The notes beneath the pieces were generated by a model. That model was not told where the DNA came from, searched no databases, and saw only the letters and a program-made list of their open reading frames with translations. The position numbers and the translations under genes are program-made. From an uncultured Treponema sp. (GTDB lineage: Bacteria > Spirochaetota > Spirochaetia > Treponematales > Treponemataceae): a DNA stretch of 64,000 nucleotides. Location of the stretch: assembly GCF_946531015.1 (NCBI RefSeq), contig NZ_CAMNAL010000001.1; one strand, 5' to 3'. Below are positions 28,301-38,344 of the stretch, piece after piece; position 1 is the stretch's first letter; each line of letters starts with the position of its first letter.

Positions 28301-28432
28301 ATATGGGCTGTCTACATCAGGCATAAGCGAGATTGCTACATCGCTCATAGTAAAAAGTCCCATAATTCCGAGCAAAACGAAAACAATCAAAGTCAAAACA
28401 GGATGTTCAAGTGTATTTTTTGAAATATTCAT
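25334..28432 (-). CDS. RND efflux permease (AcrB family)
   Basis: 1032 aa; GMIVDASIVMIENI, GIVVNNGIILVD, RLRPVLMT. Confidence 0.95.
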   Translation of the reverse strand: MNISKNTLEHPVLTLIVFVLLGIMGLFTMSDVAISLMPDVDSPYITVRTTYTNAGPESVEKTVTKVLEAQLISVSGLKNLTSTSKEGSSSISMEFNYGTDLDIATDNVRDKINRVLKRLPDDADSPTIFKMDSDSMPIMRIAVRGNRSRDELKVLAEDTIVSLLEQTDGVAEASVSGGRTKIVRVDISQNRLAAYGLTLSSVNSALSKQNLELGGGKITEGKTDYSIRTIGEFASIDEINDAIITKKGDYVVRLSDIGRAYMGYKDKTNEVYINGTPGIYVSVTKQSGKNSVTVANKVYEKLEEIQELLPSDVSLEIISDTTDSIRDTINTLLESCYQGLLLAVLVLFLFLKNFKSTIIIAISIPLSIVITMLCMHFAGITLNMMTLTGLILGVGMIVDASIVMIENIYVYRSRGAKPKVAAVLGSSEMVMSVLSGNLTTICVFIPFLFFISDLGMMGQMFKGIIFTVVIALVSSLFVAIFLVPVLAGKFLPLSNRNEKPVTFKPLKKFYELLDIPLIKLTAIYRRALKSALGHRKATVVICFSALIIALALATTLNVNMMANGKDDSVTMNVTLPIGTTLEETMTVMSQFEQIVRDEIKGYKTIISTSGASSSSYRGTLEIKLPDSDEQIDDAQTVQTKLRSHFNDFAGAKFGFRAGMRGQMTGSDIKIKIRCDDLEKALDISDQITAVMKTIPDLGESSVDIEKGVPEVEIEIDRQRAYAFGVDVTTVAKEINYAMNGVTSTTYREGGKDYSTVLMYQKSDRKQVIDLEQIFVNGTSGKVSVANFAKVKKGLGPVSVKRENQSRIVTVTCDIITERNAYEVEQDIKDGIAGTFIVPDDVTLVYDGAWQNMQSQGKTYGLIILMAILLVFGVMAGTYESFKAPFINLMTIPFLIIGVVAIYKILGQTISMVSAVGLIMLVGIVVNNGIILVDYTNLLIDRGYKMKEACLEAGTSRLRPVLMTTLTTVLGMLPMCFATSGSAGMVQPIGVAVVGGLLSSTFVTLFFIPVLYSLVMKEKKHEKSKIEVLLTEE

Positions 28433-28615
28433 AAGTAATTTTCCTTATTTGAATTCCTCACAGATAGTGAGCGTTAAAAAATTGCACGGCAATTTTAGCG
28501 AATCTCCCGTAGAGCTAGGCTCGTAGGGCTTAGGAGCACACAGAGAATAGGTTAAAGGGGAAAAATTGTCATCTGCAATAATCTCTCTGTGCCCCCTGTG
28601 TTCTCTGAGAGTGTT

Positions 28616-29668
28616 TTATTTTCTTTCGCCGCTTCGCTCGCTGTTTGTGCCTTCGCCTTTTCCGCTTCGGTCGCCGCTTCTTTCCTTGCGCTCAGGATTT
28701 TCGCTTTTTTTCTCTTTGCCCGCTTCAGCCTGCTCTTTCTTTACAGTTTCTTCTGTGATGTCACGGATTTTTGAGCCGTCATTAAGGGAAGTCTGTCCCT
28801 GAATTACGACCTTTTCGCCTTCATTCACTCCATCAAGAATCTGAATCTGGCCGTCAACGCTCTCACCAGTCTTTACCTTTCGTCTCTCAACGCTTTCTCC
28901 ACCTTCTTTTACAACATAGGCATAATATTCATCATTCAGGAAAACCAAAGCATCGGCCGGCATTACAACCTCACCCTCGTAATCCACAGTGTAGAGCTTG
29001 ATTTTTCCAAACATGCCGGCATTCACCCTCTCGTCCCTTTGGTCAAAATGCAGGATAACTTCCTTGGTACGGCTGCTAGTGTCTACAACCGGGCTAACCC
29101 TCGTTACTGTGGCATTAAAAAGCAAATCAGGGTAGGCCTCAACGCTGACTTCCGCCTTTAAGCCCTGTTTGAGGACTGCCACATAACGCTCAGGAATATC
29201 CGCACTTACCTGCAAGTTTGAGATGTCGCCGACGATTGCCACAACAGTGTTGGTGGAAACGGTAGTTCCGTTTTTGAGCGGGGTTGAAATAATGCTGCCG
29301 CTAATGGGGGCATAAACCGGGCTTTTTTTGTAATACTGACCCGGCGCATTTGGATCGACATAAGCGATTATATCCCCCCTCTTAACGCTTGAGCCAAGCA
29401 TGACATTTGTTTCCATAATTTTGCCAGATACATCCGGGAAAACGTTCACGGAATTCTGGCTTTCGATTTCGCCATTGGCAATTACATAGCCGTGCAGGGT
29501 CTCTTTTTTGACCACTTGAGTCTTAACTGAAAAAACAGTGTTTCCTCCCTTGCCCCGGCCCTTTCCGCCAGCAGCCTTGCCATCTGATTTTTTTGAGATT
29601 CCAACAAAAGCCAGGGTGCCGACCACTGCCGCAGCCGCACAAAGCATGACAATATGTGATTTTCGCAT
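28616..29668 (-). CDS. RND periplasmic adaptor (MFP)
   Basis: Lipoyl/beta-barrel motifs APISG, VTRVSPVVDTSSRT, GMF; operon position. Confidence 0.92.
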   Translation of the reverse strand: MRKSHIVMLCAAAAVVGTLAFVGISKKSDGKAAGGKGRGKGGNTVFSVKTQVVKKETLHGYVIANGEIESQNSVNVFPDVSGKIMETNVMLGSSVKRGDIIAYVDPNAPGQYYKKSPVYAPISGSIISTPLKNGTTVSTNTVVAIVGDISNLQVSADIPERYVAVLKQGLKAEVSVEAYPDLLFNATVTRVSPVVDTSSRTKEVILHFDQRDERVNAGMFGKIKLYTVDYEGEVVMPADALVFLNDEYYAYVVKEGGESVERRKVKTGESVDGQIQILDGVNEGEKVVIQGQTSLNDGSKIRDITEETVKKEQAEAGKEKKSENPERKERSGDRSGKGEGTNSERSGERK

Positions 29669-30994
29669 TTATTTCCTCCCCAGCGAACCGAAGTCCACGC
29701 CGATTGTATTTTCCAGATTTAAAATCGCCTTGATAAGCGTTAAAGTCTCACTTTTCAGGGAAACTTGGGCATTCAAGAGCGAAGTATTTGCATTCTGCAA
29801 TGTAAGAAGGTCTTTCGTGCCACGGTTATAGGCCTCTGCCGTCATATCATAGCTTCTCTGAGCCAAAGTGACATTGGCCTGCTTGTATTTGATTGATTCC
29901 TGACTCTGCTTTATTGAGCGAAGGCTTGAATCAACAGTTCTCTTCAGGTTTTTCTTTTCGTTTTCCAGCTGAAGCTCCAAATCTGCAACAGAGTCCTTTG
30001 CTGAATCTATGGCATCATTTTTGGCTGACCAGGGCAAAATGCCGTCCAGTGGAATCGTGGCCGAAAGTGAAATAGAAGAGGCTTTTTTGGCTTCCGGTGC
30101 AGTCCCGTCATAATTCATGTACCAGCTTGAATCACTCCACTTAAAACTTGCGCTTAAAGTCGGAGCAAAGGCCGAAAATCTTTTGTCGAGGAGGCTGTTT
30201 TTGGCACTGGCCAGCTTGTATTCCAGAGATTTTACTGATGAAGACTGAACTTTATCCGAATCGACGACGATTTCCTTCAGGTTTATCATGTCATCAAGAG
30301 AGCCAACAAGCTCAATTTTTTCATCAAGGTTCAAGCCCAATGTTTGCTTGAAAGAAGCCAGGTCATTCAAAAATGTTGTTCTTGCGCTCTCCAATGTAGG
30401 AATTTTGCTCTTGTAATTGACTTCCGCTGAAAGGACATCAATTTCGCTCAATCGTCCCTGATTATACTTGGCCAGGTTGGTATTGTATTGGGTTTTTGCA
30501 ATCTCAAGATTTTTTTCCTGCAAGAGAATGTTTTCCTTTTCGTACAAAAGGCCGTAAAAAGCCTCCCTCACAGAAAGCTCCACAGATTTAAGGGCATCGG
30601 CAAAAGTGAGCTTACCAGACTCGTAGGCAATTTTTGCCGCATTCATCGTCGTGTAAAGGTTGGCGCTAAGAGAAAGCGAAAGGGTGGCTGAAATTCCAAG
30701 TGAAGCGCTGTATTTTGACTCATCGTCGCTCAAAGAATCCACAGGGATAGCTGATGTCGCCGAAAAACTCGCACTGGGGCTAATGCTGTTCCAGGAATGG
30801 GCCTTTGCGCGAGCCGCCGCATCCAGGGTAATCTGAGCGCGGGCAAGGGAAACATTGTTTTCGTTCGCAAGTTTTACTGAATCATCAACCGTAAGAAGGC
30901 GCACAGGCTCTTCACTTTCTTTATTGACATTTTCCGAAAAAATAAGTCCGGCCGCAAAGAAAAAAATCGCCGGTATCATCAGCTTTACTTTCAT
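29669..30994 (-). CDS. TolC family outer-membrane efflux protein
   Basis: Signal peptide; repeats KYNQGRLSEIDVLSAE and AYNRGTKDLLTLQNA. Confidence 0.88.
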   Translation of the reverse strand: MKVKLMIPAIFFFAAGLIFSENVNKESEEPVRLLTVDDSVKLANENNVSLARAQITLDAAARAKAHSWNSISPSASFSATSAIPVDSLSDDESKYSASLGISATLSLSLSANLYTTMNAAKIAYESGKLTFADALKSVELSVREAFYGLLYEKENILLQEKNLEIAKTQYNTNLAKYNQGRLSEIDVLSAEVNYKSKIPTLESARTTFLNDLASFKQTLGLNLDEKIELVGSLDDMINLKEIVVDSDKVQSSSVKSLEYKLASAKNSLLDKRFSAFAPTLSASFKWSDSSWYMNYDGTAPEAKKASSISLSATIPLDGILPWSAKNDAIDSAKDSVADLELQLENEKKNLKRTVDSSLRSIKQSQESIKYKQANVTLAQRSYDMTAEAYNRGTKDLLTLQNANTSLLNAQVSLKSETLTLIKAILNLENTIGVDFGSLGRK

Positions 30995-31084
30995 AATACT
31001 AATAATATCGGCGATTTATCTTAGTTTCAAAAAAAAAGTGTTATAATAGAGGATAAAACAAAAATTTATAGAAGACAGCAGGCG

Positions 31085-33976
31085 CTATTTGCTCTTCATT
31101 GTATATACGCCATCCCAAATTTTTGGAATACCGTTCTTTATAAAGTCCTCGCATCGAGCCATAAAGACCTTTGAACTTTCGTCCATAGGATAAAGTTCGT
31201 CAGCTTGCTTGTACAAAGACCAGGCCTTCTTTAAGTCTTCTGGATTTTTTGGGGCTTCAGGCGTATCCATTCCATTGAGGTACCACTTCATGCCCTCGTT
31301 GAAAAGCTCTGTTGCGCGGATTCGTTTTTCACTCAACTCGTTGCGCAAACCAATTATGCTGTAAATTCCAACAGGCCGCTTTACGTTGATTACCCGAACG
31401 CAGTCCAGTTTTCTGGCTACAATTTTGCCCTCGTTTTCACCGCGGTTGGCCGCATTCCATGTTGACTCTGAGCACATAATCCATGAACCGTAAACCTTGT
31501 TTGTTCCTTCAAGACGGCTGGCAAGGTTTACATTATTGCCCATGATTGTGTAGTTCAGTTTTTTCTCAGTTCCCATGTTGCCGACAACCATGTTTCCAGT
31601 ATTCAGACCGACCCTGGAATGTAAGTAGAATGGCTCTCCTGTCTGAGGATTGATTGGCAGACGGTCTTTGTTTTCCTTATTAAACCTCTCCTCAGCCTGC
31701 AACATGCGGATTCCAGCCACGCAGGCATCGTAAGCGTTGTTGTCGTCATGGATTGGAGCGCCAAAGAAGGAAACGATTTCGTCACCAACATATTTATCGA
31801 TTGTTCCCTTGTTATCCATGATAGCGTCACTCAAAACGCCCAGATAATCGTTCAGGATTGCTACCAGCCTTTCTGCGCCCTTGTCCTCGCCTTCCTCATT
31901 GTTGATAACCTCGGTAAAGCCGGAGAAAGTCTTTACATCGGAGAAAAGCGCAGTGAGGTAATCGCTCTTACCGCCCAAGCGAGCAATTTCAGGATTCTTA
32001 ACGATTTGGTCAACGACAGCAGGAGCAACATAAGCACCGAATGTGGTCTGCAGGAATTTTTTGTCTTTTTCGCTGGTGGCAAAGCGGAAAATCGTCATCG
32101 CCAGGTATGAAGAAAAGGCAATCAAAATCGCCGCAAGGGCAGGAATATAAATGCTGAAAAGGACAATCAGAAGGACAGGAACAACAAGACTCAGTACAAA
32201 AAGTCCGACACCAGAAATGTTCTGCACATAGGCCTTTTTGTCAGCCATAAGAACTATGAGCAAAAGGGACATAATAGCAACGATTAGGACTCCCCAATAC
32301 CAGTCCAGAGAATAGATAAAGTCCTGATTCATAATCGTATTGTAAACATTGGCGTGAGTACCGACATTCATATAAGCCCTTTCAAAAGGAATGGTACCCA
32401 AATCGGTTGTTGAGCTTGCTGTATGGCCCAGGATACAGAATTTGTTGGCAAAAATCGCTTTTTCCTGATTGAAAAGATCATTATAAAGAGAAGTGTCACT
32501 GGCCATAACTTCAAAGTTGGTCAAAAATTCGCTCATTGTCTCCTGAACAACTTCAGGAGTAATATAATTCAACTCAGGGGAATCAGAAGCATCCATGGCG
32601 AGAAGTTTTTCTTCGATTTCTTGTTTTATATTTCCGCCGCACAATTTTGTCACGCCATCAAAGAATGACTTTCTCGCCTGGAAATACTGAACATAGTCAG
32701 AATATTCAACGCCTCCGTCAATGGCCTGTCCCTCAAAGTCATATCCATTGCATTTTGAGAGAAGAAAGTCTTTGAAATCGCTTATGTCCTTGTAATCATT
32801 TACCAGCTTGTGAATAGCTTCAGCAGATTCCAGTCGAGCATAATCAAGGCCGGGGTGCGAATCAAGGTTAGTGACAAATGGCTCCAGGACATTCAAGATG
32901 CGCACGATGTTTTTCTCAAGATAATCCAGCTGGGCAAGAAACAACATGCTCGTGCGCTGGAAGGAATCGTCGTATAGAGAATGAAGCCAGTTGATGATGA
33001 GCCTTCCGCTGGAATCCAGTGGGATTTTAAGATCTTTTCCACCTATTCCACGGCAATTTTCAAGGTTTAATGAGCGTTTTTTCCTTATTATGCGCTCTGG
33101 ATTCAAAGTTTTTACGACAGGAGCAAAAGTAAGCTGGGCAGAGTACACTTCATCCTTTTTGTTTAAAAGCTCGATTCTGCGGCGGGTTCCGTCCATGTCG
33201 ATGATAACGTTTGTAAAACCGGCTCCACTGGCATGGCTTAAAAACATGTTCATTGCAGGAGAAAAACCAATCCGATATTTTTTGCGGAATTCAGGATTGT
33301 CCCAGTCAGCCTTTGGTTCCCTTAAATTGTCAATAAAAGAAGTCTTTATACTGTCGAGTTTTCCCTGATAATAATCTTTAAGAATGAAGTCACCTTTGTC
33401 CTCAACATTGTAGAGGAAACGTTTTTTTACATAGTCAATGTCGCTGTCGCTGTAGTCAAAATCAAGGTCATCAGTATTGATGGTAAGCCAGGTATTGCCG
33501 AAAAACTGAATAGCACGAGCAAAATAATCATCGTTATCCTTGATGAAACTCTCAAAATTCGGCCTGCTTCCATCAAAGTTCGAGGCGGCTTCAATAACAG
33601 CATTCTCATCTACGGCAAGACTCGATGGCGAAAGATACTCAATATCGAATACGGCAGTAGCGGCACCGAATTCCTTCATTCGCATGAGAGCGTTGGCAAA
33701 AACATCCCTAGGCCAAGGCCAGGTTTTCATATTCTCAAAAGACTCGTTGCTGGTTGACCGATTGTCCGCCTCTACGAGAAGAATTTCCTGCCGGGGCTGA
33801 GGTTCGTGGGTAAAGCCCAGAAGCAAATCATAGATACGGTAGTCAAACTTCTGTAAAGCTCCGATGGCACAGACCATGGACCAGAAAGCAAGTGAGGCGA
33901 CCACAATAATAAGGGCAACAACTTTGCGTGGAAGACTTTTTTTAGAATCTTTTTGATTTTTATTTCTTTTTCCCAT
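31085..33976 (-). CDS. CHASE2-domain class III adenylate cyclase
   Basis: WPWPR CHASE2 motif, three TM segments, ALFSDV, DKYVGD, YTIMGNNVNLASRLE. Confidence 0.92.
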   Translation of the reverse strand: MGKRNKNQKDSKKSLPRKVVALIIVVASLAFWSMVCAIGALQKFDYRIYDLLLGFTHEPQPRQEILLVEADNRSTSNESFENMKTWPWPRDVFANALMRMKEFGAATAVFDIEYLSPSSLAVDENAVIEAASNFDGSRPNFESFIKDNDDYFARAIQFFGNTWLTINTDDLDFDYSDSDIDYVKKRFLYNVEDKGDFILKDYYQGKLDSIKTSFIDNLREPKADWDNPEFRKKYRIGFSPAMNMFLSHASGAGFTNVIIDMDGTRRRIELLNKKDEVYSAQLTFAPVVKTLNPERIIRKKRSLNLENCRGIGGKDLKIPLDSSGRLIINWLHSLYDDSFQRTSMLFLAQLDYLEKNIVRILNVLEPFVTNLDSHPGLDYARLESAEAIHKLVNDYKDISDFKDFLLSKCNGYDFEGQAIDGGVEYSDYVQYFQARKSFFDGVTKLCGGNIKQEIEEKLLAMDASDSPELNYITPEVVQETMSEFLTNFEVMASDTSLYNDLFNQEKAIFANKFCILGHTASSTTDLGTIPFERAYMNVGTHANVYNTIMNQDFIYSLDWYWGVLIVAIMSLLLIVLMADKKAYVQNISGVGLFVLSLVVPVLLIVLFSIYIPALAAILIAFSSYLAMTIFRFATSEKDKKFLQTTFGAYVAPAVVDQIVKNPEIARLGGKSDYLTALFSDVKTFSGFTEVINNEEGEDKGAERLVAILNDYLGVLSDAIMDNKGTIDKYVGDEIVSFFGAPIHDDNNAYDACVAGIRMLQAEERFNKENKDRLPINPQTGEPFYLHSRVGLNTGNMVVGNMGTEKKLNYTIMGNNVNLASRLEGTNKVYGSWIMCSESTWNAANRGENEGKIVARKLDCVRVINVKRPVGIYSIIGLRNELSEKRIRATELFNEGMKWYLNGMDTPEAPKNPEDLKKAWSLYKQADELYPMDESSKVFMARCEDFIKNGIPKIWDGVYTMKSK

Positions 33977-34095
33977 GACAAATAGTATAACACAAGATAT
34001 AATATAGTTGGTAAATTTTTTTTCTTATTTTAAGAAAAAATGTAAAAAATCATGGAAGCAACGCCGCTAATGCGGTGTTTTCAAGGAGTTAAAAA

Positions 34096-34596
34096 ATGAA
34101 AAAAACTCTGCTGTGTACTGCCATAGCTTTCATTTGCACAGCATTTGCATTTTCGCAAAGTTCTGAAGTAATGTCAGAAATCATCGACTCAGAAAAGGCA
34201 ACATGCGCGCAAATCTCTTATCTCCCGGCACTCTACGCAAACAAAATCACTGAAGACGATTCCTCAAAATCAATCGGCGTAATGCCAGCTTCAAAGGAAG
34301 GCTCTTCTCCCACAAAAGAATCTTTTGAAGCCCTGAAAGCCGAAGATTTTTTTGCTTCCGACGACGAGGCTGACTCTGCGGCAACTGTAGCTAAAATTTC
34401 CTATGTATACATGAAGGCTCTTGGAATCAAAGGCGGCCTTTTCTACACGCTTTTCCCTTCACCCCGCTATGCTTTCAAAGAATTAAAGGCCCGGGGAATT
34501 CTTCCTGTAGAAACAGATCCTTCAATGACCATTTCTGGCCGTGAGTCCCTGGACTTGTTCAGCTCATGTCTCGAAATTGTAGGAGGAAACGAATAA
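34096..34596 (+). CDS. Exported hypothetical protein
   Basis: AAGGAG RBS; MKK...AFAFS signal peptide. Confidence 0.75.
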   Translation: MKKTLLCTAIAFICTAFAFSQSSEVMSEIIDSEKATCAQISYLPALYANKITEDDSSKSIGVMPASKEGSSPTKESFEALKAEDFFASDDEADSAATVAKISYVYMKALGIKGGLFYTLFPSPRYAFKELKARGILPVETDPSMTISGRESLDLFSSCLEIVGGNE

Positions 34597-35801
34597 TGAA
34601 ACTTTCATTCAAAAAAATAATCAGTTCGGCCGCAATTTTGTCAGCAGCAAGCCTTCTGTTCGCAGTTGAAACAGGCGGTCTCATTTCCAACGACACAAAA
34701 TTAGCAAATACAGACGAAAGCAATTCACTAAAGCTCACTCAAAAGAACGGCATCAACCTTTGGTTCCGCACCCCCCTCAACGAAGACGGAAAAAGCTACT
34801 TCACGGGTGAGGGTGCCTTCCGCACGGAATACGATGACACGGTTGTAAATTCAGACCAGAAATTCAAGCTGGCCCTGGATGTAAACCTTTTCAAGCTCGT
34901 CCTTCACAAGGAGCTCGATTCAGGAAGCATTATCTTCTCGGCAGGTCGTTTCTTTAACAACGATTTAACAGGAATCATTTATGCCCAGAACGGAGACGGT
35001 GCAAAACTCAGCGCAACTTTCTCGGGAGTAGAAATTTCCGCATTTGCGGCTTTCACAGGCCTTCTAAACGCAAAGAATGTCACAATTCTCGAAGAAAAAG
35101 AACACAAAAAAGACGAAGTCAATCTCATCGACAAAGAAAAAAATCTCTATGTCCTTGCAAACAAATATGCGATTGGAGCCGTCACTTTCTCACTTCCCCA
35201 TATCTTTGCAAGCCAGACAATTTCTCTCGAAGGCTTCGGTGCTCTTTCCCTTGAATCAACAAAATTCAACAGGTTCTATGCGACTGCAGCCCTCAACGGT
35301 CCAATCGTCTCCCCGATTTTCTACAGCCTATCATCAACATTCGGTTTTGCCTCTTATGACGGCGGCGACACAAAAACAGGCAACCTCACTCAGGGCGCAA
35401 TTTTGTTTTACCCGAATTTCAAGTCCATGTCACTTTCACTCAACGGACTCTATGCCTCAGGCAAACAGGGAAGTTTCGACAGATTCTCGGGCTTTACAAG
35501 CGGTACAGCCATCAATTCTACGAAAGACACAGAATACTCTTCTCTCTTAAAAACTGGTCTTTCTGCCACAATCAAACCGCTTTCAAATCTTGTATTCCTT
35601 GCAGGCGGAGACCTTGTATTTGACGCAATCGAAGACATCAAATACGCAGGCATCCAGTACCTTCTGGGCTTGAACTATCAGGCAGTCAGCGATGTCTCAC
35701 TGGGAATCAATTTCAGCCACTACATAGGAAAAGACGATTTTGCTGAGTCAATCGGCAAATCTAAAACACAGCTCAAAATAAATGCGGCTATCGCATTCTA
35801 G
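34596..35801 (+). CDS. Probable outer-membrane beta-barrel protein
   Basis: GGAGG RBS; signal peptide; amphipathic strands; terminal Phe (INAAIAF). Confidence 0.65.
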   Translation: MKLSFKKIISSAAILSAASLLFAVETGGLISNDTKLANTDESNSLKLTQKNGINLWFRTPLNEDGKSYFTGEGAFRTEYDDTVVNSDQKFKLALDVNLFKLVLHKELDSGSIIFSAGRFFNNDLTGIIYAQNGDGAKLSATFSGVEISAFAAFTGLLNAKNVTILEEKEHKKDEVNLIDKEKNLYVLANKYAIGAVTFSLPHIFASQTISLEGFGALSLESTKFNRFYATAALNGPIVSPIFYSLSSTFGFASYDGGDTKTGNLTQGAILFYPNFKSMSLSLNGLYASGKQGSFDRFSGFTSGTAINSTKDTEYSSLLKTGLSATIKPLSNLVFLAGGDLVFDAIEDIKYAGIQYLLGLNYQAVSDVSLGINFSHYIGKDDFAESIGKSKTQLKINAAIAF

Positions 35802-35819
35802 GCAATAAGGAGGTTTTAC

Positions 35820-36704
35820 ATGAAAAAACTTATTCTTACACTTGTTATGTCAGCTTTTGCCTTCTCTTCATTTGCAATGCAGGCTACAGTCGTATCTGCT
35901 AAAGGAAAGGCAGAAATGAAAAGTGGCGGCATCTGGTCTGCCCTCAAAGTTGGAGACAGCATCGATCAGGGCACGGAAATCCAGACAGGTTTCAAATCAG
36001 AGCTTGTTCTCAAAATCAAGGAATCTACCGTAACAGTAGCTCCGCTTTCTCGTCTGACTATCCAGACTCTTGCAGAGCGGGAAGGAATCAAGGGTGCAAG
36101 CGGCAAGGACGAAACAGCCATTAGGCTTGCAACAGGCTCACTCAAATCAAACGTGCAAAAAACAGCAGACCGCCGAGTCGGTTTTACCGTACGCTCACCG
36201 GTAGCAACGGCTTCTGTCCGAGGTACAAACTTCACTTTCACCACAAGATTCCGAAGAACAGCTCTTCGAACAAATTCCGGCTTCGTCGCCTTCTGGAAAA
36301 ACACAAGGCAGAGCGAGCGTATCCTTGATGCAATTCTCAAAGCAATAGAAGAAAACGCTGAGGAAAACAAGGAAGAGGCTGCAAAAGAAGAAGTTGCCGC
36401 TACTGAAGACGCAACAGCAAACACAGCTCAGGAAAAACTTGGAACCGAGCCTGGAGATATCTCAGAATTCGCTCCTTCAAATGCAATAACTGTAGCTCAG
36501 GGCGAAGTTGCAAGCGCAAGCACAAATTCACCAAGCCTGACGACCCCTTCTCAGTCAGCCCAGAATGAGTCAAATTCAATCGGCGAAGGAACAAAAACTG
36601 CCGCCGATACAGAAAGCGGCTCTGGCATCATTCTGACAAGCGGAAAATCTCAGCGAGAAGGATACGGTTCGGCCATAGTCACCATCGGCTTCGATCCAGA
36701 GTAA
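35820..36704 (+). CDS. FecR-domain exported protein
   Basis: LKVGD.I..G.EIQTG..S, FTVRSPVATASVRGTNF. Confidence 0.85.
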   Translation: MKKLILTLVMSAFAFSSFAMQATVVSAKGKAEMKSGGIWSALKVGDSIDQGTEIQTGFKSELVLKIKESTVTVAPLSRLTIQTLAEREGIKGASGKDETAIRLATGSLKSNVQKTADRRVGFTVRSPVATASVRGTNFTFTTRFRRTALRTNSGFVAFWKNTRQSERILDAILKAIEENAEENKEEAAKEEVAATEDATANTAQEKLGTEPGDISEFAPSNAITVAQGEVASASTNSPSLTTPSQSAQNESNSIGEGTKTAADTESGSGIILTSGKSQREGYGSAIVTIGFDPE

Positions 36705-36720
36705 CAAAAAACTCATACAT

Positions 36721-36757
36721 GCGGTCCCTTAATTTTTTCGGGGGACTGCTTTTTTTT
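36721..36757 (+). terminator. Intrinsic terminator
   Basis: GCGGTCCCTT...GGGGGACTGC followed by a T tract. Confidence 0.7.
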
Positions 36758-36802
36758 CTCTTTTTACTTTTGCAAATCATTCATATTTGATAAAATCAGA
36801 GC

Positions 36803-37615
36803 ATGTTAAGATTTTTTTTCAGTTATAAAAGTTTTTCAAAAGGGCTTCTCAAAACAGCGCTCCTTACATTTTTGGCCTTTTTTGCAATTTTCGCCCTGGC
36901 TTGTAAAAACGACAGAAAACTAACGGCAGAAAATTCACTTGAGCAGTCAGATTCAGATTCAAGCCCGCTAAAGCTCAAAAAGCTCTCTGCTGAAACAAAA
37001 GCCTACATCGAAGGAAAAAATATCGTCGTAGTTTTAGGCTATGGCTACAATGATGTGGAAAGCATCACTAAAATCACCAAGACTCTCGACGAAAACTTTG
37101 GAATTGAAACCGAAGATAAGCCGGCTCTTCTTTCTGTCCTCGTCTACCCGGCTGACTTCATGGTTGCAGGCAAAGAGCGAATCAGTTCACTTGCAGACCG
37201 AATCGAAGGAAAAAATCTGGCCGGCATGATAATTCTTGGCGCACCGGACGGTCTTCATATTGCCCTCTCAAAAATTCAAGACAAGGCAGAGGGTGGCAAA
37301 ATTCCTTATCCTATATTCACCTTCTTCTCTCAGGACGATGTCCTCGGCTCTGAGTCTACATCCGACTTTGTTCTCGACTACGCCCACAAGACAAACACAA
37401 TCGACGGCGAAGTAACGGATTTCATTCCAGATTTTGATGCCAGCCAAATTCTCACGAACTCAATTTCAGAAATGATTGAGCTGAGAGAGCCATTAAAAGC
37501 TGACGCAAACCTCAAGACCTTTGTCCAGAAACTTCTTGATAAAAACAGAACTGTCATTCACTATGTTGATGGGGAAAGCGGTTTACAGTCAATAAATCAC
37601 TTCATATTCGAGTAA
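36803..37615 (+). CDS. Hypothetical lipoprotein
   Basis: Hydrophobic N-terminus with lipobox ALAC. Confidence 0.65.
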   Translation: MLRFFFSYKSFSKGLLKTALLTFLAFFAIFALACKNDRKLTAENSLEQSDSDSSPLKLKKLSAETKAYIEGKNIVVVLGYGYNDVESITKITKTLDENFGIETEDKPALLSVLVYPADFMVAGKERISSLADRIEGKNLAGMIILGAPDGLHIALSKIQDKAEGGKIPYPIFTFFSQDDVLGSESTSDFVLDYAHKTNTIDGEVTDFIPDFDASQILTNSISEMIELREPLKADANLKTFVQKLLDKNRTVIHYVDGESGLQSINHFIFE

Positions 37616-37627
37616 AAATCCAGGGAA

Positions 37628-38344
37628 ATGATAGAAATCACGCAGCAGGAAAATTTAGCGATTGGCTCAAAGAAAGACGTTTTTTCTCTTGCAAAGAAGG
37701 AGCTGGCAAAAGCCCTCGTGATTTCTGACTCTCACGGAAATCCCAGGGTAATGCAGGCCATAATTTCTGAATTCGGCGGGCAGTGCGACCTTATCTGCTT
37801 TTGCGGAGACGGCATTCTGGATTTGGTTGAAAACCTTGAAAACGCTTTTTTTGACCCCGAATTCGGAAAAGTCTTTCCGCCTGTAGTCTATTTCGTCAGA
37901 GGAAACGGCGACAACTCCACCACAACGATTTTCACAGACAAAAGAATCCCCATAACGGTACCCGAATTTCAGGAAATAGAAATTGCGGGCAAAAAACTCT
38001 TTCTAACCCACGGTCACCGCTACAATGTCTATTACGGAAACAAAGATTTAAGAAACGAAGCAATCAGCCGGGGAATGGATTTAGCCTGGTACGGCCACAC
38101 TCATGTGCCGAATTCACTGCGAAGCCATGTGACTAGGAATGGTCGGAACGATTTTTTGGGTATTTTGAATCCAGGAAGCTGTGCCCAAGCCCGGGGCGGA
38201 ATGCCCAACACATTTGCCATAGTCGATGTTCATCGTATGGAAGAAAAAAATGTCTGCCACTATTACAAAATCATTCAGAACAGATTCGGTGAATACAACT
38301 TTGAAGAAATGCCCACACCCCGGGGCGAAATAAAACTCTTTTAG
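37628..38344 (+). CDS. YfcE-like metallophosphoesterase
   Basis: SDSHG, CGD, VRGN, THGH, GHTH, NPGS. Confidence 0.9.
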   Translation: MIEITQQENLAIGSKKDVFSLAKKELAKALVISDSHGNPRVMQAIISEFGGQCDLICFCGDGILDLVENLENAFFDPEFGKVFPPVVYFVRGNGDNSTTTIFTDKRIPITVPEFQEIEIAGKKLFLTHGHRYNVYYGNKDLRNEAISRGMDLAWYGHTHVPNSLRSHVTRNGRNDFLGILNPGSCAQARGGMPNTFAIVDVHRMEEKNVCHYYKIIQNRFGEYNFEEMPTPRGEIKLF

